A stretch of DNA of 64,000 nt from positions 685,924 through 749,923 of the forward strand of contig JAAOMT010000222.1 in NCBI GenBank assembly GCA_016748015.1. Direction: 5' to 3'. The number at the start of each line of letters is the position of its first letter. Position 1 is the stretch's first letter. Position numbers and translations under genes: made by a program. The stretch comes from Geosiphon pyriformis uo1. Lineage: Eukaryota; Fungi; Glomeromycota. The notes under the pieces were generated by a model. The model saw nothing but the letters and a program-made list of their open reading frames with translations. It did not search any database and was not told where the DNA came from. Positions 38,939 through 51,843 of this stretch are shown one piece after another.

Positions 38939-41297
38939 GGAGAAAGTTATGTTACCAAACAAAATTAGAGATATTATTTAGCATAAAATTATCTTATAAA
39001 TCCTATCATTAATTAGCATATATTATCGTTTCAAATTATCACTTATTACATTAGCAAAATGTCCAAAATTATCATTTAATTAATAACCCAATTTGTATAC
39101 AACACAAATGTAACCTAATTGCAATGATCAAATCATGCAATACCGCAAACTATGTAATATTCAAAAGTTTGCCAAAATTTGTAGAAATTTGCTGAAATAA
39201 TTGATAGTTCACCAAAATATCTAATAGTTTGCAGAAATAACTTGTAGTTCACCGAAATGTATCTTTAGTTCAGCGAAATTGTAGAAAATAGCAAAGTTCA
39301 AGTTCATAGAATAGTGTTATGACAAGTTGTATAAAAGAAGAGCATCTTTCTTCGAGAAAATGTATCTTACTTTAGATTTATCACATAAAAACCATTCCTA
39401 TGTACACAAAAAGAAATAAATATCAAATAATTCAAAAAACCAAATTCTTTAATTATTGCACTTGGAAAATCCCCAAAACCCAACTAACGTTTTGAAATTG
39501 ATTAACTACCAATTTCAGTAAACTGTTAGTGACTCCAGGCCTGGATAGAAAAACGTTTCCCTTGATAAAATCCTATTTCTTTTACATTTCTTTTATTTCT
39601 TTTTTTTTCTTATTACAATCATTAGGGTAGCCTACAGACGAGATTCCTGTAGAAGAGTTGACTTTCACAGCAAAGTAACTACACATTTTTAGTGAGCTTC
39701 CAGATGAGCAATTCCTGGGAAAGAGTTGACGTTTACTACAATGTAACTACATAAAGCAACTGACATGGAATTGGCCATTCCACTCATAAGCCCAGCAAGT
39801 TCAAATTATAGGAGATAATTTGAAGATAAATTCAGTTACTGAAGGTCCAACTACTTCCTGAAAACATGAATTCACAACAAATCAATATTAACAACATTTA
39901 AGAAAAGAGACCAAAAACCTCCAGTAATACTGAACTGACATCATCCAGCATCAGATCAAGACTGGAGATGCAATGCTAATTAAACAAAGAGCATACAGAG
40001 TACTACCAGCTAGCCATGAAATTATCCAGCAAGAGATAAACCAAATGCTTGACAATAGGCTAATTCAGCCATCAATGAGCCCATGGTTGTCACCAATGGT
40101 ACTTGTTTGTAAAAAAAATGGAAAAATCTGCTTTTGTGTGAATTATAGAAAACTCAATAGAGTAACTCATAGAAATAGCTACCTCACTCCATGGATCCAA
40201 GAATTATTTGATGTTTTCAGTGGAAACAAATGGTTTTCAACATTAGACCTGAACAGTGGTTACTAACAAGTAGTTATGGATCCAGCCAACAAAAAAAAGA
40301 TGGCATTTACCACCAGAGAAGGGAATTTTGAATTTGAAGTAATACCATTTGGCTTAACCAATGCACCAGCCACTTTCCAAAGGCTAATGGAAATTGTTTA
40401 TACTGGCTTATTGTGGAAATCAGTAGTTGTATACTTGGACAACACCAATGTGTTCTCAAAAACATTCGATGATCATCTTTATCATCTTCAACAAGTGTTC
40501 AAAAGACTAAAAAGAGCAGGACTAAAGTTAAATACAACAAAGTGCTTCTTTGGTAAGACAGAACTAAAATTCTTGGGACACATAGTCAGCAAAGACGGCA
40601 TCAAAACGGATTCAGAGAAAATAGAGATAGTAAAGAACTTTCTAGTACCAACCAATGTGACTGAATTGAAATCATTCTTGGGATTTGCAAGCTATTATTG
40701 ATGCTTTATAAAGAACTTTTCAAAGATAGCTCAACCACTCAATAATCTGCAAATCAAGAATATCAAATATGAATGGACAGAAAGTCAACAAGAAGCTTTT
40801 GATATTTTGAAAAGAAAGCTTATTCAAGCTCCAGTACTGATCTATTCAGATCACAACAAACTATTCATTATTACCACCAATGCATCAGGCCAAGCATTGG
40901 GAGCAGTACTATCTCAGAAGGAACCAGATGGTAGAAAACATTCAGTAGCTTATGCCAGCCGAGATCTAACACCAGCTGAAAAGAACTATGGAATACTAGA
41001 ACTAGAACATTTGGCAATCTATTGGGCAGTTATAAAGTGGAATGAATACTTAAGCCAAAAGTTTGATATATACACAGATTATAAAGGGTTAACATCACTT
41101 CAAAAGCAAAAATTTGATGACAGCTGCCAATTCAAATGGAAAATGGCATTCTCACAATATACTTATACTATACACTATAAGAAAAGAAAAGATAACAGAA
41201 ATGCTGACGGTTTGTTGTGAATAAGACAAATCTAAAAACATTTCAAACCCAAAAATATAACAAAACCAGAACAATACCAACGAAAATACAACAAAAG

Positions 41298-42680
41298 ATG
41301 AACATACAAAAATATTAACAAATGTAACATTATATAAACACTCAACAGTTCAAGAAGAATTTATCTCAAACAGAATGAAAGAGTATCAAACAACAATCAA
41401 AATATTTTATCACTTACCAAAATATACTTTATCAGAAAAATAGAAGGGATCCAGATCAACCAACCAAAGTAATTACAGAGCCAGAAAAAGAGACAATATT
41501 ATTCAACATGCACTCAAATCTAATAGCAGAACATTTTCACAAAGAAGCAACCATGGAAAAAACCAGAAAGAGATACTATTGGCCATTAATGTATCCAAAC
41601 ATTATCTAATATGTTCAAAATTGTGATGTTTGTCAGCAAAGAGGAGGTACAAAACCCAGTGAACCATTAAGACCAATCAAAATGTGACAACCATTCAACC
41701 ATATTGGAATTGATCTAGTCAAATTATTAACAATTACCAGAAAAGAAAACAGGTACATAGTAGTAGTCATAGACTATCTCACTAAATGGCCAGAGGTGAA
41801 AGCAATTCAAAGAGCAGATGCAGAATCTGTTGCTAAATTTGTTCATCAAAATTTAATTTGTTGACACAAATGTCCAAAGGAATTATTATCAGACTAAAGA
41901 ACTCATTTTGTGAACAAAACATTAACAGAATTGAGCCAAAGATTCGGAATTAAGAGACCACTATCATTACCATACCATCCACAAACCAACGGATTAGTCA
42001 AAAGATTTAACAGAACATTGTGTGAAGCAATAGCTAAGCTCAGCCAAGAAAACCAGAATGATTGGGACATGTTGATATTATCAGTACTATTTGCTTATCG
42101 AACAATAAAACAAAACACTACACAAACAACACCATTTGAATTAGTATATGATAGAACAGCAACATTACTAGTGGAGATAGAGGTCAACACATATCTAACT
42201 AAACCAATAACAGAAGAGAATTTCTAAGAAACATTGTTAAGAAAAACATATGACTTAATAGAAACATTGGAAAACAAACGAAGAAGAGCAGCTGATAACA
42301 TATAAAAGTCACAAGAGAAACAAAAAGAAATACATGATAATCAACTACCAGACAAACCAGTTGAATTCAAGATTGGAGACAAAGTACTCTTATATTGTAC
42401 CAAAGTGGAAAAACAATGGAATGGAAAATTTGACCCCAAATAGGACAAACCATTTCACATAGAAGAAATTCTAGGAAATAAAGCTTATAAATTAAGACTG
42501 GACAACAAAATTTTAACCAAAGCAGCACATAGAAATTGACTGAAACCATACTACAACACCATATTATCATCCATCAGTAATATTCTACAATTAGGAGTAC
42601 AGAGAATACTAGTCCAACCAGATCAGATTCCACAAGATCTGGAACCAATCATTATTATTGACAACAACACATCAAATTGA
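41298..42680 (+). pseudogene. Element A integrase (separate ORF)
   Basis: Own ATG (MNIQKY), in a different frame from RH. MH..EHFH..CDVCQ, GIDL, YHPQTNGLVKRFNRTL, GPF-like C-terminus. Confidence 0.9.
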
Positions 42681-42734
42681 TCCATCAAAAGAATATATAA
42701 AGACATGGTAGACGTGACAGAAAATATCAGAAAA

Positions 42735-43364
42735 ATGTAAATTACAGACAATATTCACTTATTAGCATAACAACTCTTTCAATTGATTCAACACCAGAAA
42801 ATAGAGATTACAATCAATTAACAAACCATTCGATATCAAGATACTAGAAAGACATTGCAATCCAGAACACAGAAGAAAACTGAAAATACTGTGGAAAAAA
42901 TCATTGCGAAAGTAAAATTAACAATAAGAGAGTTAACAAAAAAGTCACTATATCAAAAGTTGACTAAAGAAACTTGGAATTGATGAATACAACAATTTTT
43001 ACGAAACTATTGTTATTTTTACTTGGGACAACATGTAAATATCCAGAATTTATATACGGATAAAACAAAGCAATTATTTAACAAAAGAATACTACAACAA
43101 TTAGAACATTTTGTGAGAAAGAACAACTTATCTACACAGACCCGAGCTATATACCGAATACACATAGCATTTCAGAATAGACCAAAAATATTACTCAACA
43201 AAGCAATAGATATGGTTACCAGTAATTAATGAGGAAAGATCACCAATACTCAATTTGAAAAATTATAGACCCAAATAACACAAGTAATTCTCGAAAACAA
43301 AATCTAGGAAATACTTCAAGAGGGGGAATTAAACGAGTTGAATTTTGATAGAGCTCAATATTAA
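42735..43364 (+). pseudogene. Element A ORF3, unknown ~210-aa protein
   Basis: One frame from ATG 42735 to NFDRAQY-TAA abutting the PPT. Internal stops are transition-type. Homologous to B ORF3 and to C at ~45213-45870. Confidence 0.72.
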
Positions 43365-43377
43365 AAGAAGGGAATAA

Positions 43378-44238
43378 TATTACTCATAGAAATATAGGAA
43401 ATATATTAGCATGATTATTAGCCAATCAGAAGTAGGCATAGTAAATGTGGAGTTCCAGGATTCCTCTCAGGAATTTCAGGATTCCCCGACGAAGAATTAC
43501 AGAATTCCAGAATTCCAGAATTCCTCTCAAAGGAATCGCAAGATTCCAAAAATTCCAGGATTTCTGTTATGAAAAATTAAAGAATTGAGAAATCTCAATT
43601 ATGTATATATAGCAGCAGGATTAGAAGCTAAAAAGACAGACCTCTTAGTTTTAGATTTAATCTAAGCAACTCTCCAATTTACAATTATCTAATAAATAAC
43701 TATTTGTTATCTCAAACCCATTTTCACTATCAACACTTCATGTTGATAATAATTGATACTTAACTATACTGGAACAATAGCTCTTAATCATGGCTATTGA
43801 CAGAATACTAACTTGTAAATTGCCTTGGCTTATTTCTTTTTTTTCTTTATTTTATTTTTTTTTCTTTTTTTTCTTGCTTTGATTTTATTGTTGTTTACTA
43901 ATTCTATTGAGGATTAACATGTGGGGCACTGATGTCAAGATAAATGTAACTGGTAAAAGACCCAGAAATAAGAGTAGAACACTTAATTGAGGATAGCTTA
44001 CTAGGAGGAATACCGACCATCAAGCTAAGAAAAAAATCGACAAAACTGCAGTTTTGGGAAGCTATAAATAAAACTATCACTATTGAATCTCTGTCTATTA
44101 TACAAAGAACTCAACCAAACCCTTCAGATACAAAACCTTCAAATACCAAACCTTCAGATTATCAACAATGAGAATAGCTTTGAGCACCAAGTTATGGGTT
44201 TGTATTTAATTTAACACCAGAAATTGTTACCTGTAACA
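43378..44238 (+). repeat. 3' LTR of A
   Basis: TATTA (decayed TGTTA)..TAACA; direct repeat of 24250-25126. Confidence 0.95.
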
Positions 44239-47200
44239 ACATCTTAAATAAAAATTAAATATTCGAAAACCAAATTCTTTGATTATTACACTTGAAATTC
44301 TCTCAACACAACTAACATTTTGAAATTGATTAGCTATCAATTTCAGTAATCTGTTAGTAACTCCAGGTCTAAATAAAAAACATTTTTCTTAACACAATTT
44401 TATTTTTTTTATATTTTTTTTATATTTTTTATATTTTTTTATTTAAATTATTAGGGTAGCCTACAAACAAGATTTCTGTAGAAAAGTTGACTTTTATAGC
44501 AAAATAACTACACATTTTTAGTGGGCTTTCAGATGAGCAATTTCTGAAAAAAAGTTGATATTTATTACAACATAACTACACAAAGTAACTGGCACAGAAT
44601 TGGCCATTCCACTTATAAGCCCAACAGTTCAAATTATAAGAAATAATTTGAAGATAAATTCAGTTATTAGAGATTCAACTGCTTCCAGAAAACGCGAAAT
44701 TAACAACAGACAAACATTAACAACATTCAAGAAAAAAAACCAAAAACCTCTGGTAGCAATGGTTAAGTATTAAATTATATTAACATGGAGTGTTAATAGT
44801 GTAGAATAAATTAATATTTCTTTAATTAAACAATAATAAAATAAATTTGAGTAATAATAAATGTTTTATTAATATAAATATAATTCTATTTCAAGTTATA
44901 AAAAACTATCTTTTAAAGAAAAGAGTATTGTTGTTCTAAACTGAATTGTCTTTTTTTGTTTTTAATACTCTTACTATATATACATAATTTGTATTATACA
45001 AGATTCCTTAAAATTTTTTAATTTCTTTGACAGAAATTCTGGAATTTTAAAATTTTGAAATTCTGAAATTTTACAATTCTTCAAGAAAAATCCTGTAATT
45101 TTTTAAGAGAAATCTTGGAATTTTTTTTTTTACTATGCTTATTTCTAATTTGTTATTTTATCTACTTATTATAATTTCTAATTTATATAAGTAATATTAT
45201 TCTTTTTTTTTAATATTGAGCTCAATTGAAATCTTTTAAATCTCTTAAATTTTTTTTTTGGATTAGCACCATAATTTTTTTCTTGAAAATTACTTGGACA
45301 ATATTGGTCTACAATTCTTCAAATTGGACATTAGTAATTTTTTTCAATTAATTGATAGTTACTGTATTTATTGTTGAGTATAGCAGTATTTTTGAATGGT
45401 TTTGAAACTCTGTTTGTAACCAGTATATTGCTTGTGCCTATATAAATAGATTGGTTTTTTTCATAAATTATTTAAGTTGTTGTAATATTATTATGTTAAA
45501 TATTTGTCTTGTTTTATCTGTATATAAGTTTTGAATATTGAGTTTTTCTCTCAAATAATAATAGTAAAAGTTTCTTTGAAATTGTTGTGTCTATTATTTT
45601 CAACTTTTTTTATTAACTTCTTATATAGTACTGTTATTTTTAATGTTTCTATGAATATTTTTACTTTTGTTATTATATTTTTTACTATATTTTTATGTCT
45701 ATGTATACTCTATATTATATTTTATATTGATATTTTAGTTTTTTTTCTGTGTTTTTATATTGAATAGTTTGTTAATTAATTGTAATATTCATGTTCAGTT
45801 TTTGATATTTAATTAGTTAGAATAACTGTTAGACTAGTAAGTGAATATTGTTAGTAATTTCCTTTTTTTTTTGCTTTTATTGTATATATTGGTTCTTTAT
45901 ATACTGTTTTGGTAGATTAATTTGACATGTTTGTGTTAATGATAATGATTGGTTTCAGATCTTATAAAATTTTATTTGGTTAGATTAGGATTTATTGTAT
46001 TTTCAGTTGTAAAATATTATTAATAAATAATAATACTATATTTTGATATGGTTTTAGTCAATTACTATATGTTGTTTTAGCTAAAATTTTGTTGTTTTAT
46101 CTTAACTTATATGCTCTATTTTTTAGAATTTCTTTAATGTAAAATAAACTGTTTTATTTGGAGTTAAATTTTCTATTCCATTGTTTTTTTACTTTGGTAT
46201 AACATAAAAGTACTTTGCTTCTAATTCTAAATTTGGCTAGTTTATTTGGTAACTGGTTATTATGTTATTTTTTTTGTCTTTTTTGTAACTTTTGTATATT
46301 ATTAACTGCTTTTTGTCTTTTGTTTTTTAATGTTTCTATTAAGTTATATGTTCTTTTTAGCAATTTTTCTTGAAAATTGGCTTCTGTTATTGGTTCAGTT
46401 GGATATGTATTGATATTTATTTTAACTGATAATATTGCTGTTCTATTATAAATTAGTTTAAATAATATTGTTTGTATAGTATTTTGTATTATTGTCTGAT
46501 AAGCAAATAATATTAATAGTATAAATAAATTCCATTTATCTTGGTTTTTTTGGCTGATTTTGGCTATCACTTTACACAATGTTCTATTGAATCTTTCAAC
46601 TAAGCTATTTTGTTTATGGATAATATATGGATAATATAATAATAATAATGGTTTTTTAATTTTGAATCTTTGATTTAATTCTGTTAATGTTCTGTTTACA
46701 AAGTAAATTTTTTGGTCTAATAGCAATTTTTTTGGACATTTATATTGACAAATTAAATTTTGGTAAACGAATTTGGCTATAGATTTTACATTTGTTTTTT
46801 GAATTGCTTTTGTTTTTGGCCATTTTGTAAGATAGTTTATAGCTACTGCTATATATTAATTGTTTTTACTGGTTATAATTAATAATTCAATTAAGTTAAT
46901 TCCAATTTAATCAAATAGTTGTTTTACTTTAATTGGTCTTAATAGTCTACTGAGTATTGTTCCTCCTTTTTTTTGACAAGCATCACAATTTTGAACATAT
47001 TAAATAATGTTTGGATATATTAATGGCCAATAATATTTTTTTCTGGTTTTTTTTATGTTTGTTTTTTTATAAAAATATTCTGCTGTTGAATCTAAATGCA
47101 TATTGTACAATATTGTTTCTTTCTCTGATTCTGTAATTACTCTAAATAGTTGATCTGAATTCTTTTTGTTTTTCCAATATAGTATATTTTGGTAAGTAAT

Positions 47201-50200
47201 AAAATATTTTGATTGTTGTTTTATGCTGTGTTGTTCTTTTTGAAATAATTTCTTTTTAAACTGTTAAGTATTAATATAATATTAAAATTGTTAATATTTT
47301 TGTGTATTCATTTTTTGTTATATTTTTGAATTGAAATATTTAGATTTGTCTTATTTGTGATAAGTTATCAACATTTCCATTTTTTTTCTCTTTTTATAAT
47401 ATATAGTATAATTAAATAGTAATAGTTTTATTTTTTGTATGATAATTGTCTTCAAATTTTTGCTTCTTGATTGATGTCAATTCTTTGTAATCAATGTATA
47501 TATCAAACTTTTGGCTTAAATATTTTTTCTATTTGATAACAGCCCAATAGATAGCTAAATATTCTAATGCTGGAGTTCTATAATTCTTCTTGACTGAACT
47601 TAAACTTTGGCTGGCATATGCTATTGAATGTTTTTATCTATTAGCTCCTAATGCTTGGCTGGATACATTAATAATAATGATAAATAGCTTGCTATAATTT
47701 GAATAAATTAATACTAAAGCTTAAATAAGTTTTTTCTATAATATATTAAAAGTTTTTTGTTGGTTTTTAGTCTATTTGTATTTAGTGTTCTTAACTTAAA
47801 GTTAATAAAGTAATTGAGTCAGTTTAGATAAGTTTTGGATAAAGTAGTGGTAGTATTCAGTAAATTCCAAAAATGTTCTTAGTTCTATTAAGTTTGTTGG
47901 TACTAAAAAGTTTTTAACTATTTCGATTTTATTGGAATCTGTTTTGATGCCATTTTTGCTTACAACATATTCCAAAAACTTGAATTTGGTTTTTACTAAT
48001 AAAGTATTTGGTTGTATTTATTTTTAATCTGGTTTTTTTTAATTTTTTAAACACTTATTAAAGATAATGAAGATGATTATCAAATATTTTAAAGAATACA
48101 TTGGTATTATTTAAGTTGACTATTATTGATTTCCATAATAATTCAGTATAAATAATTTTCATTAACTATTGGAAAGTAGTTAAAGCATTGGTTAAGCTAA
48201 ATAGCATAACTTCAAATTCAAAATTCTCTTTTCTGATAGTAAATACTGTCTTTTTTTTGTTAGCTAGATTTATAATCACTTGTCAATAACTACTGTTTAA
48301 GTCCAATATTCAAAACTATTTCTTTTTTTTAAAAGCATTAAATAGTTTTTGGATCTGTGGAATTGAATAGTTATTTCTACAAATAACATTATTGAGTTTT
48401 TAGTAGTCTACACAAAAACAAATCTTTTTATTTTTTTCTATTCAAGTATTATTAGTAAAAACTATAGACTTATTAATAGTTAAATTAATTTATTGTCTAA
48501 CATATGATTAATTTCTTGTCAGATGATTTTATAACTAATAGATAGTATTCTGTATGCTTTTTATTTGATTGGTATTGCATTCTCAGTTTTTATTTGGTAT
48601 TGAATAATGTCAATTTTGCCAAATTTATTTTTACTTGCAAAGATTTCAATGTAATTATTGAGTAATATTTTAAGTTGTATACATTAAAATAGATACAAAT
48701 TTCTCAAGTTTATTTGTTTTAACTGTTTTGGTTATAGCAAATAATATTTTTCTTGTTTATATATGATTTGTAATATGATATTTACATATCTACAAAATTG
48801 TAAAAAATCTGGAATGGTAGTAAATACTTGATTCTCCACTTTAGTGTTTAAGTATTCAATAATAATTCTACTTAGTATTTCTATAGAGTTTTTAGTTGTA
48901 TTGTATATTGAAATCTTAATATGTTTATGATTTTTGGCTAATATATAGAAATTGGTAATAGCAATTTCTCCTGATTTACAAATGATGACTTTTACTTTAA
49001 AAATTTGGGATTGATTTTTCACATTTTTTTTTATAGTTAACATATACTGATTATATGGTAAAATAGAAATAAATTAATTAATAAAGATAATTTCTCCTTT
49101 ATTAATTGTTTTTTCTTTTGCTATATTAACTAATATTTTTATTTTATCTGTGAATTCAAATCCACTTATTTCTCTTGCTATTATTTTTAACTCTCTTTTT
49201 ATTGTCATTGATACTAACTAAGTTATTTTTACTAAAAGCAAAAATATTGTCTGTGCTATCTTTTTATTTAGTTCAATAATATATTTTTTTGGAATTATTT
49301 TGTAGTATTGCAATAATATTTTTTACATATCTTGTATCAATTATTTCTCCTCTGATATTAATCCCTTTTTTTACTAAATTAAATCTAAAGACTAATTGAA
49401 TTATTGTTATTGCCAGAATTTTCAATGCTACTTTTAAATCTATGTTGATATGCAAATAAAATTCTAATCTAATGGCAGTTTTTTTAGAATATTTAAGATC
49501 AAATCTTATATTAGTATTATGTATACATTTTGGCATGATATTCTTATTATTATTGCTAAACTATTTAAGTTTCTGCTTTTGTGAAAAATCTGGAAGTGTG
49601 ATATATTGTTTGAGATTGAAATTGTTATTGTTATTGTTGCTGTCATTGCAAACAGAGTTGGAATCATTGTTGTTATTATTATTAGAGTCTGAATTGCAAT
49701 TGAATTTCAATTCTGATTTTAATATATATTTGCTAATTGGTTTTTTTTCTTTACAAATTGAATAAATTATGCATGATAGTAGATTATAGATAAGATCACA
49801 ATTATTACAATATTCAAAATTACTGAAAATTAGACAGTATTTATATAGTCTCATATTCAATTGTTTTAATCTTTGTTTTTGCTTTTTTCTAGTTAGTACT
49901 AGATCTTAGTAGTGCTTATAAAATTGTTTGGAATTATTCGTAATATTAATGAAAATGTTTAGATTAGAAATAAGAACTGTTTCAACAGATTTTGATAAGT
50001 TGTTTTTGATTTTCAATATTTCATTGAGTTAAGTACCTTTAACTTTGACACTTATTATTTATTAGATCTTGTTTTTATTATGTAGATAATTATTTAAATA
50101 TAAAGTGCTTGGTTTTATACAGCATTAAAAAATGTTTTTTTGCTCATCCAGTTTCTAATAATAATTATATATTAATATGAAGTGTTATATGTTCCTCTTT

Positions 50201-50994
50201 GACCAGAAATGTTATTTCATATTTCTTTGTTAAGTAACATTTTTCTACAAGTAAAACATGGTTTTTTGTTTTATTTTCCTTGTCTTTTTAAATACTCAAA
50301 GTATTTTCTATAATATAATTTGCAATAATAATAGGTATATGTTCAGTAGTTCTCTTCTGGCAAAATCTAAGCTTTCATAGATGAAAGTTTTTTCTTATAG
50401 TCAATGTATCTAAGTGGAATATAAGCCAGTTTTTTTTTGGTTCTAATAAGTAAAATACATGCCAGCTATTGGCTAATTCTTTTATAGTGACAGTAACTTG
50501 TGGTTTATTTTTTTATTTTTTTGTCTTAGTTTAGTATTAGTAATAGTTTATTATGGTTATTATTAGCTCATAAGATTTAATAGGGTTTCCAAATAGATTT
50601 GTTTGTTTTTTCTTTAAATTTGATTAATAATGATGTTTGGATTGATTTGAAGTGTCTATAGATAACTGGTATTTAAGTATGTTAACTATTTTGACTGAGC
50701 TATAGCTCTTGAATATTTTAGTCAAGCATAGTATTAGTCTTGAACAGCCAGTCATTATCAACAAAAACTTAATATTGTATGGCTTTTATAATAAGAACTT
50801 TGATGGGTGCGATAATGTTATTGACTTCAAAAAAAAAGTTGTCAATTTTGTTAATAAAAGTTTTGGTGGCTCTATTAGTGGTAATAATTTTGGCATTGAT
50901 AATATGATCAACTTGGTGACCTAATTGGTCCATAAATTGTCATGTAATGATACTGTTTGGTAAATTATTATCAAGAATTAATTTGATAAAGTGG

Positions 50995-51843
50995 TGTTAT
51001 GAAATGGTTTTCTTGGTATATTTAATTGCCAATATTCTGTTTTAATTACAATCAGTCTTTTGTGAGTTTTTCAATTCTATTTGTGTAATAATGTTACTTG
51101 TTATACTAAAAGCTTTCTCTTTAATGTTGTGATATAAGTTATTTCTCAATTTCTGATTATTGTATGTGTTTATATATTCTTTTTTAGAGGCTAAACTAAA
51201 ATTTACTTGCTGTTTGAGGTTTTTTTTGAGGCTATCTTTGCAATTTTTTGATGTGTTTCTCTAATCTAGAAACATAAAATGTTAATAGTCTTTAGCACTT
51301 TTCCTAATTTTCACAATAAAGCTTTTATTAATTAGTAACAACATAAATAATTTTGATCAAAAATTATTTTTTCAAGAGATTTAGCTGATAAATAATAGTT
51401 TTATTTAATAAATAATACAAGTAAGTTTCTTAACACATTGGATTCAGTTTTCAATATTCTTTTTTATTTTTTTTTGATTAAAGATTTTTGTAAATATTTA
51501 TTTTTAAAAGTAAAGACTAGAAGATAATTAAAGTAAAATTATTGAATGAATTATTTTGTTGAATAATATTATTTTTCTCAATATTAAAACTACTGTATAT
51601 ATACATATTTATAGTTTTATAAAAAAACACATTGTAATACTTTTTTTTGGTATTTCAACCTGGTATTTGTCACTATTACTAGTTGGTATTGGTCATTATT
51701 ACTAGTTGGTACTTGCTATTATTATGAGATAGTGCTTGCTATTATATTAATTATTATCTTTCTAGGATTATTACTGTGCTATATTATAATTAGATAATTT
51801 ATATTATTTTATGATTTTTTTGCTAAATTTTTGAACCATAATA
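50995..51843 (-). repeat. Solo LTR of another family (E), inserted just before the protease active site of C
   Basis: Termini TGTTATG..CATAATA, perfect TSD GTGG, 849 bp, 23-bp tandem array at 51661-51750. Removal restores VDDH|FIKLILD. Strand inferred from array/TATA order. Confidence 0.8.

Larger units (their letters stand above)
30085..39929 (+). mobile_element. Gypsy element B, full length (9.85 kb), youngest level of the nest
   Basis: LTRs 30085-31065 and 38950-39929; PBS TTTAGTGCTCTCCC at 31066; PPT GAGGAGAAAG at 38937-38946; TSD CAGA/CTGA. Removal restores the host as EFGR|TDIIQHQIKTGDA. Confidence 0.95.
25189..41235 (+). pseudogene. Element A gag-pol: capsid, CCHC, protease, Cys-rich module, dUTPase, RT, RNase H (split by B at 30085-39933)
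   Basis: All ORF pieces (25264, 26152, 26590, 26839, 27634, 27850, 28411, 28903, 29128, 39973, 40276, 40807) are in one frame. Motifs: CHNCGKQEHIRADC, LILNSGSAGS, RGIQGFGSTG, PFGLTNAPATFQ, YLDN, TNASG, YASR, ELEHLAI, YTDY. Confidence 0.92.
24250..44238 (+). mobile_element. Gypsy element A, full length (~10.1 kb without insert B)
   Basis: LTRs 24250-25126 and 43378-44238; PBS TTTGGTGCTTCCTG at 25127; PPT AAAAGAAGGGAA at ~43363-43374; TSD ATAT/ACAT. Confidence 0.95.
23802..44758 (+). repeat. Solo LTR of subfamily B', split by element A (23802-24249 + 44243-44758)
   Basis: The halves rejoin into a copy of LTR 819-1791. TSD ATAG/ATGG within the 3' LTR of C. Confidence 0.88.

Noticed and set aside
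45531-45767. Hydrophobic 78-aa 'membrane protein'
   Set aside because: It is the antisense of eroded C ORF3; the F/I/L richness comes from T-rich composition.
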